Source of the DNA: Takakia lepidozioides
Lineage: Eukaryota > Plantae > Bryophyta
Length of the DNA: 64,000 nt
Assembly (NCBI GenBank): GCA_030704615.1
Contig: CM060733.1
Coordinates: forward strand, 55,614,001 to 55,678,000
Reading direction: 5' to 3'
In this document: positions 14,030 to 27,423 of the stretch, in pieces
Position numbering within the stretch: the stretch's first letter is position 1
Layout: the number at the start of each line of letters is the position of its first letter
Position numbers and translations under genes: made by a program
The notes under the pieces: generated by a model
Databases searched by the model: none
The model's input: the letters and a program-made list of their open reading frames with translations, nothing else
Told to the model about the DNA's origin: nothing

Positions 14030-17000
14030 AGAAGAGAATGTACTCATAAGAGGTTGTTTGCCATAGACCCAAGACCCAGTTTGGGCGGAACAAAAGGGAC
14101 AGACACGACCTTTGTGAGGGGCTCACTCCAGTAGTGGGACTTACCATGATATAGACAATTTGTTCGGGATTTCCAGATATCCTCTAGGAAGCTCACACAA
14201 CCATTAGTCTGCTGTGTGTGGTCTGCCCAACAGGGCCAGGGCTTTAGGCTCAGCCACGAGACCTTGAAAGTTTGTGAACAGAGGGGCAGGGACTATGTTC
14301 TTGATGGTCCTGAGGAGGGTACATCTCTGATGAGACTACCCTGGAAATTGTATCAGAAATGGATATCGTCTTCAGGCTGCCCCCACATCAGGCATTAACA
14401 ATCTCCCTTTCCTCTATGCATCTGTTTACTGTTCAAAGGTAGACTCCCCGCCCTATGGGGATACTCCATCCAATCTTCAGGAGTTGATTGATTGTGCAAT
14501 GGGTATTGACCGGTGGAGGCCAGAAGCAATCTTAGTAGATGCTCGGTGGTTGCCTTCAATGATCATGGGCAGGGAATGGATCTCAAATGGACATGGGGCA
14601 GTGAAGAGATTTCTGTAGCAGGGGGCCACAAAATCATGGAGGCTAGTCCAATAGTGGACTTCCGTTCAATTATAAACTTTGTTCAAGCCTTCCAGAATTT
14701 CCCTAGAGAGTTCTCAAGTCTAACATCAATTTCATGCCAGTATTCACCCCTGATTCCAGACCCAAGATGTCCCATACTTGCTGGGTACGGACTTCACACA
14801 ATGCTTTGCAAACAAAGGCGTCTATTCCATGGAAGAGAATGTACTCATAAGACGTTGTTTGCCGTAGCCTTGCGGCCATCGACCCCACGCCCAGTTTGAG
14901 CGGAACACAAAGGGACAGAAACTACCTTGGTCAGGGGCTGACGCCGGTAGTATGACTTACCTTGGAACAGACAATTGATCCGAGTTTTCCAGATATCCTC
15001 TAGAAAGAGGATATGACAAGAGAGACAAGAGAGAAATGGTAAGAGAGAGACCCGAAATTCTCTTGAAGATCCCTATTAAACCATGTTTGTCAAGCTCCTT
15101 ATTGGAAGCTTCATAGAAAATTTACCAACCTCCTCATGTTAATATAGAAGCTTCTCACCTCTTGTATGGACCTTCAGCCTTCCTGACCTATTTCCTGCTC
15201 CTTAATGACTAACAACAGCAGGAAATAATCCTTACATTCCTCCCTTCCTCTAAAATTGATTGTCCTCAATCAACAAATGTCCTCTCTGAGTCCAAAGATA
15301 TATCTGAATTGCTAATCCTAAAGTGACAAGGGAGGATGTTGCAGGACAACTTCCCAAACCTTTGGGTGCATTCTTGCCCTGAGGAGTCCCTCTGCCTTAA
15401 TGTCATAAGTTGCTGGCAAATCTTGACATCATGTTGGATTGGCAAGAAGCTTGCCATCAATACGCACTGCTCCCAAGTGGTCACCGGGGTATGTCTCAAG
15501 GTTTTTAGGATGTGGTGCCACCATACGTACGCAAGGCTGGAATGTTGCCAAGGCAATCTTTGCATCCTCTCCCTTTGCGGTGACTTGGTAGTAGGAGTCA
15601 AACTTGTGAATCCAAGATTCCAACATCCTTGGTATCATCGCAGTCTCTGATGTACAGTTGGTATATTTTTGAAAGGCTGCATCTTTTGGCTGTGTTGTGA
15701 AAGGGTAACCTACAAGAACATAGTCTTGTCTCTAAGATCCATGTCCGGTTTTGACACTGCAGTGCTCGTGTAAGCACCGGTATCGCAAACATTCCAATCT
15801 TCGTCTCGTCTAGTGATCTCATCTCGAAGTTGCTGGATTTGCTGACTGCTGACTTTGCATTCCCACCAATTGCATGAAGGATTGCATCCTTGATTCTATG
15901 GCTGACTCCTTGGCCATTTCCTCAAACCTGGGATCTTGAGAATCTTGTTTTTGCCCCCTCCTTGGTGGCATCTTGTCCTACAGGGTAATTCAGACCTTAC
16001 CCTCAGTCCTAGGAGATCTCCAACTCAAGCTCGGATAATAATTCTGTCCCATACTTGCTGGGTAAGGACTTCACACAATGCTTTGCAAGCAAAGGCATCT
16101 GTTCCATGGAAGAGAGAAATGACAAGGAGAGACCCGAAGCTCTCTTGAAGATCCCTATTTAACCATGTTTGCCAAGCTCCTTCATGGAAGCTTCATAGGA
16201 AACTTACAAACCTCCTTCTAGAATTTTCCTAACCTCATCATGTTATTTCAGAAGCTTCTAACCTATTGTCAGGGAACTTCAGCAGATCCTTCCTTGATAT
16301 TTCCTGCTACAGTAACCCTAATGCCTGACAGCAGCAGCAAATTATTACACAAGATAGGGCCCCAGCTGAAACCGTATATGCAACGCCACAGAGGGGGATG
16401 GGAGGCTTGCAGCTGTGTCTTGAGCTTCTCGAACTGAGGAAACAAAAGCGCGGAGTGTCTATATCTTGGCCATCTTGTCCAAAGCTCAGACCTTCGTAAT
16501 TTCTCAGCTCAGTTATTATCTGTTCAAGGTATGCAGTCTCCTGACTTTGATCTTCAATGTAGGCCTTTCGTTACAATTGTTCATCAAAGGCTGTGAAGAA
16601 GCTCAGTCCAGATTTGTGCTGGTGGCTTCAGCTCCTTCACTTTGCGGCAACATTCCTTCTGCGGCCTTCCGAAACTTGGCCTCCAGCACCTCCTCTGACT
16701 TGTCAAGGAGGTCCTCTCAATTATTGTGAGGACTTCCCTCTTCTGCTACACAGTGGCCTGACAAGTAGGTGGTGCTTATGAAAAGGATACGCATCTGCTG
16801 TACGGGAAGGAAACTTCAACCATGCTAAAACTTTAGAATCCAGTCAGCTTTAGGTGCTCAAAGAGAGCATGTGAGCGTACTCTAGAACAGCGAACATAGC
16901 TGTTCGGGGCGAGTTTGGTGTACTGCCCTTGAGCTCTCGATGCGATGAGTTCAAGGTGAGATGGTGGGGTCTGTTGAATCGCATGCCAAGTATGTAAGAT

Positions 17001-20000
17001 GATCAACTGTATTTCTTGGAAGCAAGACCATCCTGTTAAACAGGCTTAGTCCTGGCAGAAAAGGGTAGTGGAGATTTTCAAGTACCTGGAAGAACTGACC
17101 CTGCTAGATGAAGCTCAGTCGGAAGATGACGTGTCTAAGGCTATGTTGGAAGCACGAAGAATGTGGGAACAAAGTTAGGCATAAACTTCCCTGAACTTGT
17201 TTCCAGTCTGTGCGACATGGGTGAGGACCTTGAGGATGACCTGAAGGGCATACCCTTGGCACAAGACTGAAATTTAAACTCAGGGGGGGTAGTCTACCTT
17301 TGAACAATAGAGGGAGATTGTCAATGCCCAATGTGCGGGCACCCTGAAGACAATATCCATATTCCGATACAATGTCCAGGGTATTCTCATCAGAGAGAGA
17401 CCCTCTTCAGGCATGTCAAGACCAGAGTCCCTGCATCTCTGTTCACCAATTTTCAAAAACCGAGGCTGAGCCTAAAGCCGTGGTCTAACTGCTGGGCTGA
17501 CCACACACAGCAGAGTGATGCTTGTGTGAAGGGCTTTCTCGAGGAAATCTAGAAAGCCCGAACAAACCGCAATATCACGTTAAGTCCCACTACTGGAGTG
17601 AGCCCCTTACAAAGGTAGTGTCTGTTCCCTTTTGTTCCACCCAAACTGGGTGCGCGGGGTGTATGGCCACAAGGCTATGCAATACAACGTCTTACGTCAA
17701 GTATCTGAATGTCAGTCCAGAAGAATTGACCCTACTGGATGAAGCTAACCTGGAGGGGGTTGTTCCCAAAGCCATGTCCGATGCCCAAAGACTGTCCGAT
17801 GAAGTTAGGCATAAAACTTCCCTGAACTTGTTTCCCGTCTATGACATGGGGGAGGACCTTAAGGATGATCCCAAGGGCCTACCTACTCTTGGCATTAGAC
17901 TGAATTTAAACTCAGGGCGGGAAAGTCTACCCTTGAACAATAAACAGATGCAGAGAGGAAGAGGAGATTGTAATTGCCTGATGTGCGGGCAACCTGTATT
18001 TTCTGATTCATTGTCTGGGATATTCTCACCAGAGAGTGACCCTCTTGAGGACGATCAAGAACATTGTCCTGGCACCTATATTCATGAACTTTCAAAATCT
18101 TGAGGCTGAGCCTAAAGCCCTGGCCCTATTGGTCTAACTTTTGGGCTGCTCAGATAGCAGATGGATGCTTGGGTGAAGGCCTTTCTAGAGCCCGAACAAT
18201 TGTTTATACCAAGGTAAGTCACACTAGCTGAGTGAGCCCCTCACAAAGGTAGTTTCTGGTCCCTTTTCTTCCGCCCAAACTGGGCGCGGGGTCTATGGCA
18301 AACAACGTCTTATGAGTACACACTCTCTCTCTTTCCTTGTATGGAGACGATAACTTGAACCACCATGGTGGTAATGATAAGAGAGTCTGGTTGGCCTCAC
18401 GGCGTTTGTACAGGCGGAAAAATGGCCAGCAAGTACAGGCTTTAAGGAATAATAAGGGTGCAGTGGTGACTTCAACGGCCTGACATCGTCAAAACCTTTG
18501 AAACACACTATAGACTTCTTGGCCGTGATTCTGACACTAATAGTGAGGGGCCTTCTAAAGAATGAAAGGACACAGTAGAAAAAACTGTTCCTATATTCCA
18601 AGACAGCCTGATGAACTGGAGTATATCACAAAGGGATACAATGCGCCCATTAGTTCTTCTTAGGTCGTGGAAGCTGTAAAGCATCTAAGCAGCTATAAAG
18701 CAGGTGGACCTGATGGCATGTCACCGAGCTAATGAACTATGGTGGTGACCCTATGGTAGAGGCGCTTGCCCTTCTCTTTAAACTTATTTGGCAGACTGAA
18801 GTGATTCCCTTTTGTTGGAGACAAGGAGTCATTGTCCTGTGCAAGAAAGGCGACACAGAAGAGCTTGCAAACTCTCGCGGCATCATGCTTGGTTGTGTTT
18901 GAGCGCTATTGCCATTTCCGGTTGAGTCTATCTTCCCTGGTAGGCACAACCCACAACTGGCTCTGGGAGTGATCGTGTGGGAAAAGCCTCTAACACTGAT
19001 GCTTTGAGGGAGGAGAAGATGACCAACTCAAATGGAAAACTGGTCATCCAAGTATTCCTGAAGTTACAGATCTGTTTTGCCGACTTCCCTTACCTATGTT
19101 GTTCTATCGACTAGAGGCTGTGCCATATCAGTGGTTCCAGGGGAGGGAAGAAGAAATCACAGTCCTTCCCCCTTATACCTGGCAGTTCAATTCTCCCAAT
19201 ATTGCAGCCGGGAGCCTCACCTTGCAAAGCCAGGGGGGGGATATGTACTCATTGGTGAAAAGATCTACATTGCCCTGTGGATCTGCTTAATCAGTGGACA
19301 ATCCCAACATGGCAATAGCTTCGAAGCCATACCTCAATGTCCATAAGACCAATCCTGGTAGCCTCCTCCAAAACTGCAAGAGTTTGGCTGAGATCGGTGG
19401 CCACATTAAGGCACAGAGAAGAGACAACTTTAGGTGAGATGGTGGTTTTAGTTGGCTGGAATGGAGGAGGTGAGGTTTGTGAAATTGACCTTGAGGGCTT
19501 AGCCAATTTAACAGGATGGTCTTGCTTCCAAGAAATCCAATTGACCATCTTAGGGTATCTGCTCAAGGGTGGTATGCCAAACTCGCCCTGAACAACCACG
19601 CTGTTCTAGAGCACACTGACATGCTCTCTTTGAGAGCCAAAAGCTGAATGGATTGTTGCCAACCCACGCGGCAGATGCGACTCCAAGGTAGGTCTAGTAT
19701 CATTACAAAGTATGGTCCATTTAAGAATGTACTCATAAGACTTCGTTGCCGTAGCCTTGTGGCCAGAGAACCCGCACCCAGTTTGGATGGAAACATAGGG
19801 AATAGGTACTACCTTTGTGAGGGGCTCACTCCAGTAGTGTGACTTACCTTGGTATAAACAATTAGTTCGGGCTTCTAGATATCCTCTATAAAGCCCTTCA
19901 CACCAGCATCAATCTGCTGTGGGTGATTAGCAATTAGACCCCAACACGGCCAGGGCTGTAGGCTCAGCCTCGTGATTTTGAAAGTTGGTGAACAGAGGTG

Positions 20001-20200
20001 CAGGAACATGGCCCCTTTGAGAGAGAGACTGTAGACTTTGTTTGCTGTAGCCTTGTGGCCATAGACCCCACGCCCAGTTTGGATGGAAACAGAGGGAATA
20101 GACAGTACCTTTGTGAGGGGCTCACTCCAGTAGTGGACTTACCTTGATATAAACAATTAGTTCAGGCTTCCAGGTATCCAGAGAGACATTTCCAGAGAGA
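14030..20200. mobile_element. Cluster of truncated non-LTR retrotransposon (RTE/RTEX-like LINE) fragments in both orientations
   Basis: The same 3' segment (..GKSHYWSEPLTKVVSVPF..KLG..) recurs at ~14040-14330(-), 14830-15000(-), 17460-17700(+), 18100-18320(+), 19720-20010(-) and 20040-20180(-). A C-terminal knuckle TRLKFKLRGGSLPLN..CPMCGHPEDNIHIPIQCPGYSHQR lies at 17271-17410. Confidence 0.7.
18697..18897 (+). pseudogene. LINE reverse transcriptase N-terminal fragment
   Basis: KAGGPDGMSP(fs)LMNYGGDPMVEALALLFKLIWQTEVIPFCWRQGVIVLCKKGDTEELANSRGIML fits the canonical KAxGPDG..W..KKGD..NYRxI pattern. Confidence 0.8.
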
Positions 20201-20443
20201 GAATGACATTACCTCCCCAGCCAGCATCACATGGAGGACACCTTATAGGCTTTCGTGGGTTGAGACCATAATCAAGATTTCCTCTTCCGGTAGCAGCAAT
20301 AGCCCGTGCACTTGCCATAACCACAGGTTGAGCTCTTGGATCTCTATTAGGTCTCAGTCCACATAGCTTCAACACCTGGCTTCCACCAGCGCCTGTACGG
20401 TACAAATATCCATAATCCAGTTACTTCAGAGTTTGCTAAGAAT

Positions 20444-21301
20444 TTACTGAGGTTTCCAAAAATTTGTCTCAACACATCCCCCTTCATTCAAAGTGTCCCC
20501 GGCTACCACAAAGGAATCAAGGGCCCCAACAAAGAAGGGGCCCGTGCACATCATGGCCACAATATCAATAATTCCCCTGAAACCATCAAAAGCCGCAAGA
20601 AAGTTTGGTTGCCACACAAACACAGAAATACTAGAAAATATGCACAGACCTTGAGAAAAAACAGTTCCAGTACTGTGCCCCAACCCCTGCCTTATGTCTC
20701 TTCCTGCGAAATAAGGCCCTCTTCCCCAGAGAAAGCCCGCTGGAACTCCATCAGCCTCAGACAAACCAAAGCTTCCCATGCCACTGATGCTCCTCCCTTC
20801 ATCATGCCCCACACCAGAACTCCGGCCAACCACAGCATTGCCACCTGTGCGAAAGCCCAAGGACCCACTTGTTCCAAGACGCCCCATTTGACTCCTTCTG
20901 TTGAAGTCAATGCTTCCTGTCAGAAGTATCCCCTCCCGAGGGTTGTAGTCCGGACCCCCTCCCCATGGAAAGAGGATTTGTGAGCCAACAACTACCCACC
21001 TAGCCCTATCGTGGTTGGTTGCAGAGCCTCCTTCCAGTAAGTTTCCACCAAGGTGGGATTCCAAATCAGCCTGCCAAGGACTCCCTCCTGGTTTGGACTT
21101 TGGAGTAGTGTGCCTTGGATTATCATCAGTGTCAAAACCTGCATTTGCACCTGCGCCTTCACCTTTGATGGCCTCCAGGCCTCCACCCACTGCTATGGGG
21201 CATTTGCCACCATCTGGGCCTGACAAGGCCCAACCTTCAGTCCCTAGTCCTTCTGCGCTCCTCATTTTACTGCAAGGTGTCCCAGTTTCACCACCATACA
21301 C
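20444..21301 (-). CDS. Candidate first coding exon(s) of the TZP-like gene
   Basis: 285-codon ORF on the same strand upstream of TZP. It contains GAGANAG, resembling the GAGANA stretch I recall near the N-terminus of seed-plant TZPs. Splice junctions were not resolved. Confidence 0.3.
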   Translation of the reverse strand: MYGGETGTPCSKMRSAEGLGTEGWALSGPDGGKCPIAVGGGLEAIKGEGAGANAGFDTDDNPRHTTPKSKPGGSPWQADLESHLGGNLLEGGSATNHDRARWVVVGSQILFPWGGGPDYNPREGILLTGSIDFNRRSQMGRLGTSGSLGFRTGGNAVVGRSSGVGHDEGRSISGMGSFGLSEADGVPAGFLWGRGPYFAGRDIRQGLGHSTGTVFSQGLCIFSSISVFVWQPNFLAAFDGFRGIIDIVAMMCTGPFFVGALDSFVVAGDTLNEGGCVETNFWKPQ

Positions 21302-22050
21302 CCCCCACTACAGTCCAAACTTTTGCTCCTTCTGCATTTTGAAGGCCCTGCAAAAGGGAATGGTTTAATAAGACTTAATCACAAAACCTCTCTTTTCGAC
21401 CCTTCCTCTCCCAAATCCATCATTTGATATTAACTTCCCCCTCTAATGGACAGCTGTGTTCAATACCAGCTCTGTCTAGCTTCCTTAAACAGTGTAAAGG
21501 GAGTACGGGCAAGAAGTACGTGTGATGTAAAAAGAGGTATAGATAGGTAAAGCCAATGTAAAGGAATAGGATGAGAGGGGGAGCACGATGCTTCACTAGG
21601 AAATTTGCACTTGTTGACAACCAGTATTCCACCATGAAATACACAAGCTGTGTGCAAGCCCGATCAAGCTTTCTGGCAGAAGAGGAGGGCATGTACTCCT
21701 TTTCAGACTAACAAACAATCTACCGCAGATTTTTGTCCGTTTGGCACCGTAAAAACGTGGTTTTTTCCCTTTGTATTTGCAGGGACGTTATCTGACGGAA
21801 TACCACGTCAACAGCTGGCAGGGACCTTACGGCGAGATCCCTCCCTTTGTCTATTTTGCTTAATGCGTCTTTATTTCGCACATGCCCTACGCGCCCCCCC
21901 TCCTCGGCACTACCGTACTTACCTAGCTTATTAGGCACCTCCAGACCTAATAATTAATAAAAATGGAATATTATTAGGCAGATTCGTTTTTATTATTTAG
22001 GCACCTCAACTAGGTAATTTCCAAATATTAGGCATGTATTTCAGTCGACC

Positions 22051-22251
22051 AGGCTGGATAATGATGAACAATAGTTTTTGGCCTCACTCAAAACTATTGT
22101 TGAGGTTATTATATTTAGGCTGGATAATGATGAACAATAGTTTTTGACCTCCCTCAAAAACTATTGTTGAGGTTATTTTATTTAGGCTGGATAATGATGA
22201 ACAATAGTTTTTGACCTCCCTCAAAAACTATTGTTGAGGTTATTTTATTTA
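22051..22251. repeat. Three tandem 66-67 bp units, each with a hairpin
   Basis: Units start at 22051, 22117 and 22184. Units 2 and 3 contain AACAATAGTTTTTG-n8-CAAAAACTATTGTT (perfect 14-bp inverted repeat); unit 1 lacks one A. Confidence 0.9.
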
Positions 22252-23047
22252 AAAAACACATAATGTTTGATATGTGATAAAAGAATGGCTGCAGTGCTGT
22301 ACGCACCTACATGCCTGGTACTGCCTAAACCCCAAATCTTTCCAATTGGTTTTTTGGTTAGTGTCTCTGCATACCGTACTTTTATCTAGTTTGGGCAGGT
22401 TGGAGGCGAGGGAAGTGGCAGGGCGTTAGAGGTACTTACGGCAGCAGCCGCAGTTGAAAGCTCGAGGCTGCAGATATCATCAAACCAGGACGTACTAGGA
22501 GGGCGCCTCAGACTAAGAGGTACTATGATTGTTTAGAAGGTACTAGAACTCTTGCTCTAAGCATGTGGCAGTGTGAAGAGCTCTCAGAAGTGCCCCCTCC
22601 ATGTCGCAACTCTGCCTATTCTACCTGCAAGTTGTTCTAACCGCCTAACTAACTAACTGTCATTCAAGACAGAACACACGTTCTCTCTGCAGATGTCGTT
22701 CCCACACAGTCATTCCCTGCCAATGATAACCGTTCCCTGTGAACGTTGTGACGGGCTGTGCCAAGCTGTGTCAGGCTGTGACTGGCTGTGTGAAGCTGTG
22801 TCGGGCTGTGATAGGCTGTGTAAGCCTGTGACTGACTGTGTGAGTTTGTCTACCACCCCTAAGGTCTGTGTCCGTCACCCCTAAGGCCTGTGTTGGTCTG
22901 AGTCTACCATCCGTAAGTCTGCGCAAAATTAAGGGTACCCCACAGAACCCGTAAAACTGTCTAAGTCCCAGACAACCCTCTAACATTATCCCTCCTCCTC
23001 TCAAAAAGCCATGTCCTCACGGTTTACTGCTTAGGATCAACAAACCT

Positions 23048-25190
23048 TTATGAATGAGCACCCTTCTGCCGGTGAGAGTCCCTCGGAGGGCTCTGTGTGT
23101 GAGCCCGAGCCATGTCACTGGCTGGGGGGAATGACTGTCGACTAGATGGATCTGACTGTCCTGCCTTAGGCTGATATGGAGATAACTTTTCAGGCATAGG
23201 AGATCCCCGTCGTTTCTTCTCCGCCATTTGTATCGCATAATCCTCAGCCATGTCAAAATTCCCGTCCACAGAACCAGTAGTATCTGAATCATCTTCCCCC
23301 CGTTGGCCGTACTGTTTCCTGTCCTTCGGTGGCTTCGCAGGAATCCTGACTAGCATACATTGTATGCCCACCATGTTGGGAAGCTTATATTGTAAGACTT
23401 GTGTCAACCTCTTTCGGGCAAGATTAGTGTATGCCCGCAGCTCATCATCTGTATAGCTGAGTGGTGTGCCAATGACTTTGGAGAAGTGTAGCCACTTCCT
23501 GGCTTCATGCCCCTTGGGAAAAATGTGGTCAAGACCCAAGTTCTCATTGGCTAAGTTCTCCAGAGCAAAAGTAAACCAAGAACGGAGTTGGGGATCCTTC
23601 TGAAGCATGATCCTTACATCATACATATATGTATGTGGTGGAACTGAAGGTAACGTCCAATGCTCCCCACTGGAATAAGTCTGAAATCTCATCTGCATCT
23701 TCTGCTGCTCAATGTGATAGCGTGAAATAAAGCAAACAGCATAATACGGTCCACAACCCATGACCAAACTAGATACCTCCTTGGTTTTGGTGTAAATGAA
23801 TCCATGAACAATCTAGAATACAATTAATTTCTTCAGCATGGTTCCTGCCTCAGACCAGTACCGCGCAAAATGGTGATCTTCAATGGGTCTGTCAGTTGGA
23901 AGAACTTTAGTCCGAGTTGCCACTGGAATGCATAATCTGGTAATAGTGTGCCAAAGACTCTAGTGGACTGAATTCTTTCCAAGTCAAATCCATAACAATG
24001 GGAATTTGGTTGAAGGGTAGAATCATAGCCCGATTGTATTCAAGTGCAGCAGGTGTAGTAGGTGGGTTAAAAGAAGCATCACCCCAAACCTCAGAGAGTG
24101 AGTGTTGCAGTGCCATGGTATCAACACTGTCGACCTGGTGTGGCTGCTGTGATGTTGTTGCCACAGTCCCTCCTGATATTGGCAAGTCTTGTACTTCATG
24201 TGCTGAAGATTGGAAAATCAAAGTCTTTGCGTGCAAATAAGTAGCCATGAGTTGTTCCTCAGGAACAAAGGTCATTTTGTCAATGTTGAAGCTTAAGTCA
24301 TCCACTCGAGTCTGAAGCCCTTCTACATCCTCCTGCAACTCAGCTATCTGACTATATACATTGTCTATAGTGATTGTGGCAATGTTCAGCACCCGTAGCC
24401 TGAGATCATTCATCTCGTCTTGGGTGAGCTTTCTTGGTGTTTTTCCTTCCACTGACCCTTGTGTTAACCACTCTTGCAAAAGGTGATTATCCACCAAGTC
24501 CTGTGTAACACCACGGAGATCCTGCTCCTCCTTGAGCCGGTATGTTTCCAACTACTGTTGTAAACTCTCCATGCGCTTCGCATGAGGCTCAACCAGAGCT
24601 GCATAGGCAGCTGACAGATTATTGACTTCTTTCCAGGCCCTTTCACTCACAGAAAGTTTATTCTCCCGTACTGTGATTGTTTGCTGCAATTCAAAGATGT
24701 ACCTGTCCTTCTGGGCATCGACCTGGTGGAACGTTGAATGGTATCCTCATTGCGACAGAGAGTATCCTTCATGTCAGCAATGAGTTTCCCCTGTTCCATT
24801 ACCTCTGTTCCGCCGTTATACACCGCTCAACTTGCTTCTTGACCTCCATTGCAGCCATCTCTAGATGAGTCGTTAGTGTGGCACACTGTAGGAGCACTTT
24901 CTGATTGACTGTTTCCAATTCCGCATGAAGCAACTTCACTTCATGCAACTTGCCTTCATGTTGAACCTGCATCTGGTATAGTTGCTGCTTATGCACTTCA
25001 TGCAACTTCTCCTACTCAAGACCCGCTCCAATTAAATTCTCCTTCGCAAGTTGTAGGGCTGCTTTAGTGTCCTCCAACTCTTTCTGCAACTTGAGGTTGG
25101 CCTCCACATCCACCTTGTTTGCACACTCAATGGCAACTCTTGCCTCAAGCTCTTGCTTGAGCTCCTCCCGCAATGCTGCCAATTGAGTGG
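23048..25190 (-). pseudogene. C-terminal part of retrotransposon extra (env-position) coiled-coil protein
   Basis: ORFs 24799-25005, 23907-24551 and 23048-23767 align with the ORFs at 44899-48631; there are stops and frameshifts. Confidence 0.7.
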
Positions 25191-25572
25191 GGTAAAATTG
25201 AGAAGTTACCTAATGAGGCAACGGCCAATCAGCAACGTGAATTTTGTGCAAGAGACTCCATTCAAGAAACAAGAACAAGAAATTAAGAAGATTATGAGCG
25301 GAAGAAGGTGTTATTCCGGATAACCAGTGTCTCGACGGGAGGGGCAATCAAAGCTATAGCTTTGTAGCTATGGCAGATATCACGGACTATACACTAGCTC
25401 TACTTCTTATGCAGTGGCGCAAGGAATGACAGGTCGAAAGTACTTTCTCTCTCACTCACTATTTGCAAGCCCCGCAGGCTTACACCCACTTGCTTGTTCC
25501 ATTCTGTGTTAATCACACTTTCATGCTATACGCATTACAAGCTTTCCTGCAGTTATTCCAAACAAGGCCTTA

Positions 25573-26965
25573 TTGTTTGTCCGGGATGAAGCAAATTACA
25601 GAAATGGAGGATCTATGAGTGAAGAGCACGACGATCTTACAGAGGCAAACAATCGCCACACCACAGGCAGTGCAGCTGCTGAAGGAGCTGCGGTTGGAGG
25701 GGTTGTTGCGCAAAGAATGGTCTTTGCATCATTGGGATTTGATGATCCAGTTCGTCAAGAACTTTGAGCCAAAGACGGGAGTTACCCAGGTTAAGGTCAT
25801 AGATATACAAGTTACTCCGCAGTACTTGCAACAGCTTTTTGAATTACCATATGGTAATGTGAGCGTGGACGAGCACGGGACAAGATTGCAAGTAGGGGAT
25901 CTTTTCCAAGAAACGAGTTTCTTCAGGAACCAGGGATTCACTTGCACCAAAGCCGAGTATCCAGGGTTGAGGGAAATTGGTCAGATACTAAATATTATGT
26001 TTGCCATGAAACAGAATCAACAGTATCTTAGCAGATCTTTTACGGATGAGGTTTTGAAAGCCTTGAGAGGAGAGGATGTAGCTTGGGCAAAGATGATGCA
26101 CAGTGGTCTGGTGGAGGAGATGAAATGATTACAGACTACTGCTGCCAAGTCCCCAATCATTGTGTCTGGCCCAATTATTGCATAGATTATCTTTGATTCT
26201 TGCTTGCTTGATGCGCAAGAACGCAAGGTAATGGGGGTGTTGAGGCAACCCCAACTGCAGTTGAGGAGCAAGGCTCTTCATAAGGTGAATGGGGATTAGA
26301 GAGGCAGCACCACTCCAAGAGACAGAGGAGGGAAGCAACTGTAATGGCGGATCCACTTGCCACAAGGAATCCACACGATGATGTTTCCATAGCTCCTGCA
26401 CAGGATGGGGTGTAGCAGCATAATGGGTTGTTATTACTGGAAGTACAGCCATTAGAGAGGGAGACAGAAGTCACTTTAGTACCACGGCCAGCACAACAAG
26501 CTGACCAAGTTGCCCCAGTGGTAACTCATACTAGACTTGCTGTTACACCGGAGCCTCTTACTGTGGAGAGAGAGGGATTGGACATCCCCACTACAGAGCA
26601 AGTAGTGGCAGAAATTGAGAAGGGCGACCTTCTCTATGAAAACTCTGGCATGGTCGGAGACCCCATGGTACCAAAGATGCAGAGTCTGCCCAAGGAAATC
26701 CCTGTTGTGCAGGTTATGCCCAAACCTGTGGCGGAGGTTGAAGGGGTAAAGGGCAAAGGTACTGCAGCACCTGTGGAAGATGAGGTTGCTCAGGAAGAAG
26801 ATCTTGTGGGATCATGGCCTGATTGGTTTGTGAAACATCAAATTGTAGAGAATCAGGAAGAACAGCAAAAGGTTTTCCATGAAGACCCACAACAGGCCAT
26901 GCTCATGAGTTCCATAAGCAGGACTCTCAATCTATTGGGCACCTATGTCAAAACTCATGTTCCTT
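25573..26965 (+). pseudogene. N-terminal part of the same extra ORF (plant-transposon-protein-like domain), inverted
   Basis: WDLMIQFVKNF..IQVTPQYLQQLFELP resembles Athila-type extra-ORF domains. The ORF ends LGTYVKTHVP, the point at which the minus-strand half resumes (TQLAALREELK). Confidence 0.65.
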
Positions 26966-27423
26966 CCGGGATACGAACAATTTCCCCAAACCAATGAACG
27001 ACACTCAGACTGGGGTGGTGACACCTGTGAGCGACCGCGCATTCGACACTTGGTTGCACAAAGCAACCTTCTGGAGCCAGGTGAGACTCTTAAAACATTC
27101 TCGCTGTTCCAGCAATGAGTACATGGTTTCTTCTATTGAATAACTCAAAATTTGGCGGATGGTTGTGCAGCTGGAGAAGCGGGCAATTGATACTTTTGAG
27201 AAATCATTGTTGGACTACAAGATCACAATGACCACTCCCAGCATCAAGTTCCAATCATACGTTCGGAAATGGAGAAGAGAGCTGTGGAAGTATGTTTTTT
27301 CCCGTGAGTTCGAGAAGGAAGGAGGCATTCTCCGCTCGCAGGACTTCGACCATCAGTATAACGGGGAGCAAGCAATGAAACGAGTTTTGTACAGGTACTG
27401 CCTTCTATGATGATGGCACTACA

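Larger units (their letters stand above)
22530..26965 (-). mobile_element. LTR retrotransposon 3' portion (env-position ORF, PPT, 3' LTR), internally inverted
   Basis: PPT TTTGAGAGGAGGAGGGATAA (~23005-22986) is followed by TG at 22985. The LTR carries 10-bp GGCTGTGTGA repeats homologous to 48450-48700. ORF pieces 23048-25190(-) and 25570-26965(+) are homologous to 44899-48420. The left LTR boundary is approximate. Confidence 0.75.
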
